A DNA stretch of 64,000 bases, taken from assembly GCF_009914755.1 (NCBI RefSeq), contig NC_060925.1; one strand, written 5' to 3'. The notes under the pieces are model-generated. The model was not told where the DNA came from. It saw nothing but the letters and a program-made list of their open reading frames with translations, and made no database searches. The DNA is from the human T2T-CHM13v2.0 reference genome, Homo sapiens. Position 1 is the first letter of the stretch, and each line of letters starts with the position of its first letter. Made by a program: the position numbers and the translations under genes. Shown one piece after another: positions 15,743 through 27,114 of this stretch.

Positions 15743-18390
15743 TCAGCTCAGTGTTTTCTTTACAGTTAAGGTAACTGCAGTGTGGCTGTTTTATCTTGTG
15801 CTGCATGTTAGTTTAACTAGTCTTATTGATTTGTTTGTTTTACCCCACAACTTCAGATAAGTTTGCACTGGGTGAGGGAGGCAAGATCACTGGGTCTGTT
15901 TTCTTCTACCCTGACCTGAAAAAAATATTTTGTCTTGTAAGGAATGTTGCTGCTGCTCCATTTAAGGGCAGAGCTTTCCAAGTTGTGGCTACTTGTTTTC
16001 TACGTGATTATAAAAGTGTCTAATGAGTTATATGAGACAAGTTCAGCCCTTTCTAGAAGTGCTTTTTTTGTCAATCAGGTCACCTGCATTTGGGCCCTTG
16101 CTATATTAATGGAATTGGTGGAACTAGGCCAGCAGAGTTTTCAGTGCAGTGTGAGTATGTTTGCTTTTAGGCTGTTACTTCCCACAGAGGCCACAGATAA
16201 AGGACTCTCGTTGTTTGAGTGAAGTTACCAACTGTAACAATTGCATAGGTTTCCTTGTTTCTTTCTTTTCTCCAAAAAACTCATTTCCTCTTGGCAGGTG
16301 TTACTATAATTCACAGGTGTAATGAAAATGTAATTTGGGATTTGAAAAAGCATATCAGACTGCTTCCCAGAGTACCAGTTCTTTTCAGCTGGTCCATTTC
16401 AACTTAAGAGGTCCATCTATGCATTTTTGAAGCTTCATATTTAATAAATATAATATTTCACTGCTGTGTTTGACTATTCCGTTTCCCACACTTTCTCCTT
16501 CCCTACCCCACTCTTCTGGATCCTGTGTTTCCCCACAGGCTTTGTGAATGCCGGTCCACTGATGGCTGAACTGCAGGTCTCTCCCCAGTGGAAAGCCCCA
16601 GAGATGAGCCAGATCTGCCTCAGCTGTGGCCATCCGTCAGCGTAAGGTTGCTCTGGTGGTCGTCTTCAGTTTGTCCAGCTCTTCCCCTTATCCCCCATCC
16701 TCCCTCATGTGTGGCTGAAGCTTGCCCTGGAATCCCACCTTTGTAGCATGTCACTCGGTAGTAGTAGAATTTTATTATTGTTGCTTTTTTTCATTTTCAA
16801 TTAATGTTAAGTGATTCTCTGACAAATTTTGTTGACCATAGCCCTCTTTTCCCCTCAGTTCATAGATTTCCTATAGGAATTCTGGTTTGCTTTTAAATAC
16901 ATATAGAATACAGTTTATTTAAGTTCTGGATTTCATAAGCTTACTTGGAAAATACTTTTTTAAAAAAAACATTTCAGGTCAAAGCTTCCAAAAAGAAATT
17001 TCTTAATCTGAAACAATGAGAACTGGGTTCCTCAGGCCTCATGTCATTTCCCCTCACCCACAAATCAAATGTGTAATGCTCTCATTTTATGATGTATTGA
17101 AACAGTGAAGCAAATGCGAGAGGGAGAGAGACCTACTCTCAGCTGTAGCTGATAAGTGTGTCCTAGCATGGTGATTTGAGCAAATAGAGCACCTTTTCTT
17201 TTCCTTTTCTTCAAATAGCCATGCTGTCTTTTGCAGCAGTTGCTGGTGACGGAATACCATAAATCCCCAGGCCTCTACCACAGAGCTTACATCTTTAGAT
17301 GTGGGTTTACATGTTAATCCTACAATGTTATTTCACCTCAGTGGTCTGAAGTGCGCACACAGTACATTTTGTTCTTTAACTTCCTCTTTTCTTGTCTAAC
17401 TGGAAGTCCCCAAATGTGTGGATTTAGAAATGAGTTCTCTAGTGTTTCTAGTTTTGAGTTAAGGAAGTTTTGTCTTGATATTGTTTAGGTGGTTGTTTTT
17501 GTTCTGTGCCTTCAAAAATAATTTCTTACAGAATTTTCTGTGTGAACTGGTGACATCATATGCTGTAGTGTAAAGCTTGTAGAGAAGGGGGCATTGGTGT
17601 CTTTTTGTTGTTGTTGACACTTTATCACTCCTTATAACTGACACAAACCCTGAGAAGAGAAACAGGAAGGAAACTCCCTGTTCTTACCATGATGCTTTTG
17701 TTCAAAATAGCTGAAAACAGCAGAGCTGACGGAAACCAATTTGAGTGTGACAGCTGATTTGAGAAAGAATGAATTAAGAGATTCAGGCTCTTCTGCTATG
17801 TTGAAATCATTTTTACTGAAAGATTAGCTGTTTGGAACAGGGATTGACTTTGTCTCTCTGAAAGTAGGCATGAAGAGTTCGGTTAGAGGAACCGTTACAG
17901 ATGGAGGAGAAACTTGAGGAAAGGTCTTTCCTGTAGTGTGACTACAGTATTAACATTCCCAGATTATATGAAAGAGAAAGGAAGCTTCATTAAATGAAAC
18001 ATTGGAATCAGGAAGACTCCGGCTTGGCTCCCTGAGCATTCTAACTTGTTCTGAGCCTAGTCTCGACAGAAGTAGCCTGACACAAGTGGCTCAGATCAAG
18101 GGTCCATATTACGGGCAGAGTAAAAATAGGTCCCAGTTTCATTAGACTTCTCATACATTTAAGGAAAAAAAGATTTGTTGCCATAGGAACAGACCAGTTG
18201 TTTTCTGTCTTGTGGGATTTTAGGAGCTGGGGAGATAGGAGGATCCCTGTGCTTATAATCTAAACATCAGTAAATGCTGGTTTTTTTTAAAACAACAACA
18301 ACTTTATCTTTTATGATTCTGAAACCTATCCACGATAAAAATCATTGGAAAGTATGAAAAATATAATGATGCTGAAGGTATTTTTCATAA

Positions 18391-18692
18391 TTCTTTTTTT
18401 TTTTTTTTTTTGGAGACAAGGTCTCTCGCTCCGTCGCCCAAGCTGGAGTACAGTGGCACGATCTCAGCTCACTGCAGCCTCTATCAGGCTTAAGCAGTTC
18501 TTCTGTCTCAGCCTTCATAGTAGCTGGGACTACAGGTGCACACCACCACGTCCAGCTAATTTTTGTATTTTTAGTACAGACAGGGTTTTGCCATGTTGCC
18601 CAGGCTAGTCTCGAACTCCTGAGCTCACATCATCTGCCTGCCTCGGCCTGCCGGAGTGCCAGGATTACAGGCATCAACCACCATGCCCAGCC
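18391..18692 (-). mobile_element. Alu (AluJ-like)
   Basis: Antisense dimer; TSD tatttttcataattctt. Confidence 0.88.
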
Positions 18693-19211
18693 TTATTTTT
18701 CATAATTCTTATCACCCATTTACTTGAGCTTATACCATAATGATTTTATATCATTCTTTTTTGCTTAACATTTATTATAAGCTTATTTCATGACATTAAA
18801 AACGTGTAAATACCTTTATTGTATCCCAGCATTGGAATATGTCATTATTATCTCTTGCCCAATTGTTAATATTTGAATTTTCAATTTTTTAACAATACAA
18901 ATAAGGAAGTATAAATTTTTGTGTTGTTGTTAGAGTGATGGGTTATTTATGTGTTCAGATTTGAGTAGTCAAGTGGGCCCTCTAATTTAAAAAGTTACCA
19001 AGGGGATTCTCTGGGTTGAGCCCACGTAGAGATGGCTTTGCTATGGGCATTATCATTCTGAACTGCTTCATTGCAGTAGATGTCTGCTGAGGCAAGGAAT
19101 GGGGAATTCGGGAGAACCCTGGTTTCCCCATAAGGGACCTAAGGAACATAAGGGACATAAGGAACAGCTTTATGGGTCATACCACAGCAAGATGGGCCGG
19201 CACTTTCACAT

Positions 19212-20695
19212 TGAGAGGTGACAGCGTGCTGGCAGCCCTCACAGCCCTCGCTCGCTCTCGGTGCCTCCTCGGCCTTGGCACCCACTCTGGCCGCACTTGA
19301 GGAGCCCTTCAGCCCACTGCTGCACTGTGGGAGCCCCTTCCTGGGCTGGCCGAGGCCGGAGCTGGCTCCCTCGGCTTGCGGGGAGGTGTGGAGGGAGCCA
19401 GCTCCGGGAACCGGGGCTGTGTGCCGCACTTGTGGGCCAGCTGGAGTTCCGGGTGGGCATGGGCTTGGCGGGCCCCGCACTTGGAGCAGCCGGCCAGCCC
19501 TGCTGGCCCTGGGCAATGAGGGGCTTAGCACCTGGGCCAGCGGCTGCAGAGGGTGTGCTGGGTCCCCCAGCAGTGCCGGCCCACCGGCGCTGCGCTGGAT
19601 TTCTCACCGGGCCTTAGCTGCCTTCCCACGGGGCAGGGCTCGGGACCTGCAGCCCGCCATGCCTGAGCCTCCCCCCGCCTCTGTGGGCTCCTGTGCAGCC
19701 TGAGCCTCCCCAACGAGACCGCCCCCTGCTCCACGGCACCCGGTCCCATCAACCACCCAAGGGCTGAGGTGTGTGGGCGCACAGCGCGGGACTGGCGGGC
19801 AGCTCCACCTGCAGCCCCAGTGCGAGATCCACTGGATGAAGCCAGCTGGGCTCCTGAGTCTGGTGGGGCCTTGGAGAACCTTTATGTCTAGCTCAGGGAT
19901 TGTAAATACACCAGTCGGCACTCTGTATCTAGCTCAAGGTTTGTAAACACACCAATCAGCACCCTGTGTCTAGCTCAGGGTTTGTGAATGCACCAATCGA
20001 CACTCTGTATCTAGCTACTCTGGTGGGGACTTGGAGAACCTTTGTGTGGACACTCTGTATCTAGCTACTCTTGGTGGGGATTTGGAGAACCTTTGTGTCC
20101 ACACTCTGTATCTAGCTAATCTGGTGGGGATGTGGAGAACCTTTGTGTCTAGCTCAGGGATTGTAAACGCACCAATCAGCACCCTGTCAAAACAGACCGC
20201 TCCGCTCTACCAATCAGCAGGATGTGATTGGATGGGGCCAGATAAGAGAATAAAAGCAGGCTGCCCGAGCCAGCAGTGGCAGCCTGTTCGGGTCCTCTTC
20301 CACAGTGTGGAAACTTTGTTCTTTTGCTCTTTGCAATAAATCTTACTGCTACTCACTCTTTGGGTCCACACTGCCTTTATGAGCTGCAACACTCACCGCG
20401 AAGGTCTGCAGCTTCACTCCTGAAGCCAGCGAGACCACGAACCCACCGGGAGGAACGAACAATTCCAGACGCGCTGCCTTAAGAGCTTTAACACTCACCG
20501 CGAGGGTCCACAGCTTCACTCCTGAGCCAGCGAGACCACGAACCCCACCAGAAGGAAGAAACTCCGAACACATCCGAACATCAGAAGGAACAAACTCCGG
20601 ACACGCCGCCTTTAAGAACTGTAACACTCACTGCGAGGGTCCACGGCTTCATTCTTGAAGTCAGTGAAACCAAGAACCCACCAATTCCGGACACA
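19212..20695 (+). mobile_element. Solo LTR12C (HERV9 LTR)
   Basis: Starts TGAGAGGTGACAGCGTGCTGGCAG and ends CCAATTCCGGACACA. 4-bp TSD ACAT at 19208-19211 and 20696-20699. GC-rich U3, tandem tctagctc/accaatc enhancer repeats, GATAAGAGAATAAAAG core, AATAAA at 20335, U5 repeats. Confidence 0.95.
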
Positions 20696-22509
20696 ACATT
20701 ATATACCTGATGTGCGGAAATACCCTTGCGCCATTGACTAGCATCTTATGTTGTTCATACAGTCCTCATTCACTTAAACTTAGTCCTCTAAGGAGGTGGA
20801 TTAGAGGTCCTACATTAGTAGAAAGGAGGTAACAGCTACTGCATTATTATTTTTTTTTGAAGAAGGGCCCTCAGACTGGAGATGAGGACAGGGACTGTGT
20901 TTTCATGTCTATCTGCATACTTAATGCACGGTGTCTGGCACATAGTGTCTATGTCCCTATTATGAGCAGCATTATTCTGTTAATGTGTGTTCAGGTCATA
21001 TGCTTTGTTTTGTTTTTTGATAGTCTTCCTCATACTGTTAGCCCAGATAGCTGAAGATCTGTGACACCAGGAAGCTGAGCAGGTGAATCTCATGGTTGCT
21101 TTGTGGTAATTGCTTCTTTGTGCCATTTCATTTCTGTGCTTCTGCCACCTGTGCTGCTTTGGAAGCTGGAGCTAGACATGAAGCGAATCCTCTGCCCTCT
21201 CAGTAGGAGGTTTTGGTGTGACACATCATCCTGGGGAAAAATGTAGCATGAAGTGTGAAACAGGAGGCTGAAATAGCAGTCCTTTAGCCCTTTTGTGGGA
21301 TGGGAGTAAATATTTAGACGTGGTTCTCAGGTGCTGTAGAATTTAATAACCTTGCAGCAGTTTTAGAAACTCCTTGTGCCCACTGGAACAGGTTCGTTTA
21401 AAGAATCTTACTTGGGCTCTTTTGAAATTGTGATGCCCCCACCTCCACCCACTCCCCTCCCCCGCCCACCTCCAGACCTGCCCTGAGTTCATCTGCCTAA
21501 TGTTCCCTTTGCAGGATCTTTGTACTCACATGGCTGGTATCTTTGCCCCACCCCCTTGTGCCATATATTTTGACCTCATTGTGTTCTATTCTGAAACGCC
21601 TGGGTTTTGAAACATCGTGGTGAATGTTTTCTTTTTCAAAGGGCAAATCTCCATCTTTTGCTCTCCTCCCTTAAGCCAGGGCTGTTTTGATGACTGATAT
21701 TCTGCACACCACTGGACTAACCAACCATCTGTACTTTGATCCCAGAATTCATTTTGATTCTGCTGTTTGTTTAGAACTGAAAGCTTTCTAGCTTGTTTGG
21801 ATGTGGTTGTGATTCAGTGAAACTGGCACTGATTTTCCATCTGTTTGCCATTGGTTGGGACTTCTCCAATGTGTTAGGAAAGCTGCTGTGCTGAGTTGCG
21901 AAGAGAAATTCACATGTCCATGGTCTTGCACAAGGGCTCATTTGCTCACTTAGAAGGTTTTATGTAGAGCCTCTGCCTGGGTGAAAGACATGAGCTTCCC
22001 TGGAAACAATTGAAAAACATCTTCTGCCTGGCCACTCAGTCTTGAGCTCTAGTAGGTTACACTGTTTTTCCCTTCTGGGCTTCTTTTTGAGGAAGGGGAG
22101 TGTGGATGGGAAGAAATCTTCACAATCAGTCTCAGATTCCCAGCAGCAGAGAGTGAATTGTATGTTGTAATAATAAAAAAAAGAATACCTAAAGAACAAG
22201 ATATCAATTTAGTGACCATTATTGAGCATTTACTATGTATAACACACATTTGGGTGTGTAAAGGTGATTCTAATTTCAGTCCAGCTGATCCTTTCTTCTG
22301 TGAACTTGGGCAAATGACTTGACCTCTCTAGGCCTTAGTTTCTCCAACTGTGCTTAGACTAGATCATTCCTAAGGTTTGTTACAATTTTAGAATTTTGTA
22401 CTCTAAACGTGTATCTGTTTGTTACAGAACAAGAGAGGCTTTTCCACAAAATTGACATATTCTTATGTCTCACTTCAAACTAAATGGCTTAAAAATGGTT
22501 CCTCTAGAG

Positions 22510-22727
22510 CAGGATTTCTCAACCTCAGACTATTGACATTTTGGGTGATTCCTTGTTGTGGGCACTGTCCAGGGCATTTTAGAATGTTTAGGAGCCAGCA
22601 TTCCTGTCCTCTGCCCACTAGATGCCAGTAGCTCTTCCCTACCCCTCTGCCCGTTGTGACAACCAAAAATGTCTCTAGACATCAGCATTGCCCCTTGAGG
22701 GGAAATCGTTTCTGTTGGGAGCCATTG
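22510..22727 (-). mobile_element. MER20 (hAT-Charlie)
   Basis: ttctcaacc...ccactagatgccagtagc...gttgtgacaaccaaaaatgtctc; 8-bp TSD ctctagag/gtctagag. Confidence 0.88.
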
Positions 22728-22882
22728 GTCTAGAGGAACAAAGATGGGACTATTTGAATATGGGCTGTTTTTAATATCAGTTTTCATGTTGTTCCACTAT
22801 TGCTTATTACCTGTTTAATCAGTAAGCATGCATTAAGTGTATACTATACACAGATGAATGCCGACGCTTGATTATGAGGGAC

Positions 22883-23026
22883 TTTAATGACCATGTCAAG
22901 TTTTCAAATGTTGAGTCCACCTGGCCAACTTTGAAATGATTGCCCAGCTGTTAGCGCAGCAGTCCCTACACGCCTACACCCACCAGCCTGCTATTAGCCT
23001 TGGTCAGGGTAATGATTGAAATGTAT
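22883..23026 (+). repeat. Copy A of a ~140-bp dispersed direct repeat (copy B at 23507-23652)
   Basis: Shared tcaagtttt..aaat..gtccacctggc..actttgaaatgatt.gcccagct.ttagc.cagcagtccct..ccagcct..ttagcc..tgattgaaatg.at. Confidence 0.85.
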
Positions 23027-23506
23027 GAAAGCATTCACTCACAAAGGCTATCAGATAGCAACCTAGGAAGGCCCTGGGATTGTGAGTTATGGATCGGGAC
23101 TGGGTCTTGTGCATCCAGAATCTAGTATTATGATAGTTATCCCTTCAGCTTCCTAGGGGAAAAAAATTCCTCGTCAAAGTGGTGGGGTGAGGAATCTATC
23201 CTAGGGATGGAGGATGAAGAGCAATCTCATTGGACAATGACCATATCACCCTTTTTAGTAGCTTCTTCTAAACATAGGCCCTTTCCCTCCCGCAGTGGGC
23301 AGGCTCACTTTGCAGCTTTAGTTTTTTGTTTTGTTTTGTTTTGTTTTTGTTTTTAAATATATGAGTAGATACTGGTTGTTGCAAAGAGGAAGTTAACCTG
23401 AAGTAACCTAAAAATGTAAAGAACTGAATGTCCCCAGGAGATGAAGACAGTAACTTGAGAACCAAGTTTGCTTATATTACCTGAAGTGAGGTCACTAGGA
23501 AATTGG

Positions 23507-23652
23507 TTTAATTATAGTATCAAGTTTTGAAATATCAGGTCCACCTGGCTGACTTTGAAATGATTTGCCCAGCTATTAGCTCAGCAGTCCCTCCCTGCAC
23601 ACCAACTCCACCCAGCCTATTGTTAGCCATTGAAGTGGTGATTGAAATGCAT
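23507..23652 (+). repeat. Copy B of the ~140-bp dispersed direct repeat
   Basis: See copy A. Confidence 0.85.
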
Positions 23653-24356
23653 TAGATTGCCCAAGAAATCTAATCTTTGGACTTGCTACATTTGCTATAA
23701 AATATCAGTTTAGGTTTAATAACTTTGAATTTGCTCCCAGTACCCCCAGATTTTCTCATCTGTTTTAAATTCACATTCTGCACTTGGTCGGGTGCAGAAT
23801 GGTGCTTCTCGCTGATTGGGGTAGAGTGTGTTCTGTGAGCATCTTTGCTGGGATGCTCTGGGATTCCAAAGCCATGATTCAGACACTTAAGCCTGTGTCA
23901 GTCCCTATCCTTAGGTCCTGGCAGGCTCCGTGTTCCATTCCAGCTGAGCCTTTGCTGGAGTAATTACCCACATGGAGTCTTCAAGCCAAACAATTGTTTG
24001 TACTGAGATAGTCTCACTGTTTGGCTCCTAATGAAATAATCTCTTTCCTGCCCTCAATGAAAGCAGCTATTTTTTGTGTCCTCCCTCCCCTATTCAGAGA
24101 AGCCATGTCTCATCCACCACTCTTCCAGCTTATTCATAAATGCTTTAAGCAGGGTCTTTGTGTAAAGGAAATTGGCTGGAGCTGAAATATCATAGGCTAA
24201 CCAGGAGACAAGGAGCATTAAGGACACCCTTTTCCTTGACTTTCTATTTAGGGTATTTAAATTACCTTTCTGTGATTTTCTGTAATAAGCAATCTAAAAC
24301 TTAAATCCACATAAGCAAAATAGTCATACTAGGTTTTTAAAAAGTATACTAAATTA

Positions 24357-24675
<319 letters not shown>

Positions 24676-24718
24676 TTATTGTTGTTGTTACCTAAAGGAG
24701 CTCTCAAAAATAAAAGCT

Positions 24719-24880
24719 GGCCAGGCGTGGTAGCACATGCCTGTAGTCCCAGCTACTCAAGAAGCTGAGGTGGGAGGATTGCTTGAGCATAGGAGATTGA
24801 GGCTGCACTGCACTCTAGCTTGGGCAACAAAGCAACAAACCCTATCTTAGAAGAACAAACAAAAAACCCAACAACAGAAC
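24719..24880 (+). mobile_element. Alu monomer (FRAM/FLAM-like)
   Basis: ggccaggcgtggtagcacatgcctgtagtcccagctact... Confidence 0.78.
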
Positions 24881-25081
24881 AACCACAAATGAGTGAGTGC
24901 AGCAGGAGAGGCAGCAGAGCGCCGTGGGAGTTGGAATAGGAAGGAGAAAAGGCTTCATGGGGAAAGTGGGCAGAGCAAGATTTGCACAAAAAGATGTTTT
25001 GCAAATAGAGGAAATAGGCCCTGTAAAGCTATTTGTGAGAGACTGTAAGTTGATCAACAAAGTGTAAGTAGTTCTTCTAAC

Positions 25082-25383
<302 letters not shown>

Positions 25384-25384
25384 A

Positions 25385-26265
25385 CTTCTAACCTTTTTAA
25401 GGAGTATTTGCGTGAACAGAATCAATGAGTTTCTTCAAATTAACTTCTGACAATAATCTAAATGGTCTCCATTTTCTGATTCACCCTTTTTTCCAATTCC
25501 AAGTTGCCATTATCCATGTAATTGGCTCTAAAGAGAGCAAGGAAATCTATCTTCTCCAGGAGTTTCAGTCATAGATTTTTAGCTGGCTCTCTTTATCATT
25601 TGCAACTGAGTTCATTCATATGCTTGTTTTCAAGAATTTTTTCCTTTAGTTCCAGAACTCTTTGCTTCCATCCTATGGTTTCTTGGGAGGACAGTTCTAA
25701 GCTTTCTTAAGATAAGTGTTTCAATCACACCATCTACCATTTCCCTCAGAAGTTGTTCTCCTCTTATGCGGTGTGTTTAGGTGTTTGGGGCGCCAATCAC
25801 TAGGGATTGGAAGGATTTTGATGAATCTTCAAGTAACCATGTCTTGAAGGTTAGCCATCATCAGTTCACTCCATGAAATGAAAACTTACGGGGATCCACT
25901 TTTGCTCTTTTTTGAAGAAGTCTATTGTCCTCAAAGGAAGAGGTGGACCTGTTCAGATTTTTAAGTTTTATCTTATTCAGTGTTTGTAGCATCAAGGGAC
26001 TGGCCTCTAACGGAAGCAACTGGGGGCTTCATTGGCTTATGCAATCAGTCTCATCTCACTGACTTTACAAGGTTCTTCAATACTGGCAGAAAATCTCTTG
26101 GCTAGCTCTTTCTCCCTCCTTAAAATATGTTGGCTCTTTACTATAAAAACAATCATAGCAGCACATACCAGAATCTCCTAGGGAAACCCCCAAAGACTTG
26201 GGCCTTGTCTCAGCTCTCAGACATTACCACCAAGAGCACTGCATAGCTTTCCCAGGACCAACTGG
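25385..26265 (-). pseudogene. Degenerate processed pseudogene fragment of cTAGE5/MIA2 (CTAGE family)
   Basis: Colinear minus-strand peptides (LVLGKL, GFP.EILVCAAMI, VKSQHILRREKELAKRFSASIEEPCK, KNLNRSTSSFED, LEDSSKSFQSLV, WKQRVLELKEK, DNGNLELE, ESENGDHLD, LKKLID) match the cTAGE5 N-terminus as I recall it. No introns; many frameshifts and stops. Confidence 0.8.
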
Positions 26266-26925
26266 AAAGAATTCTTTTTTACGACGATGTAATTGACAAT
26301 GAAAATTGTATATGTTTACAGTATACAATGTGGTGTTTTGATATATGTGTACATTGATTTTTGTGGCAGTCAGGAGGTCCTCTAGTTGGAACAGAGACTC
26401 ACCACACCCAAGAGTCCCTCTGTCTGTATCCCATCCCCAAATCAGAAAAAGGCCTGTGCGTCTCTGTGGGTAGTATTCACTCTCTCAGATTCCTCTGTGA
26501 GTCAGGAACATGACAAGTGGCATCTATATACACAGTTTTAAGAGGAAGTGATGTCACTCTTGGTGTATAGAAGTGAGAAGAGGAGTAATGAGAATTAAAG
26601 ACCCAGATCACAGGAGAATTTAAGCCATACTTAGAAGTTTGGAGTTCAGTTGATGGTGGGGGGTCCAGTGACATAGCTTTGAATGGGGTGATGACATTAT
26701 CAGGACATATGTTGGCAGAATGTCCTTTTCAAAGCCAACAAAGTCCAAACTAGGATCTCATTCTTTCCCTCCTGAAGTCACCTGGGGAATTGAATTGATA
26801 ATAATGATACAGGATGACTGATTGATAGTTCTTTATTCCCAGAAACATCACCTAAGTATACACTAGTTACCTTCCACTGCTGGGAGAGACAACAAGGAAG
26901 AGTCACAGTAAGTCCCTACCTGTTA

Positions 26926-27114
<189 letters not shown>

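Noticed and set aside
19131-19167. Four copies of a TAAGG(A/G)AC(A/C) unit before the LTR
   Set aside because: A short slippage repeat outside the TSD; no evidence of function.
19139-20627. Overlapping 85-161 aa ORFs and tandem spacer-like repeats
   Set aside because: GC-rich LTR12C U3 and its known internal repeats; neither coding nor CRISPR.
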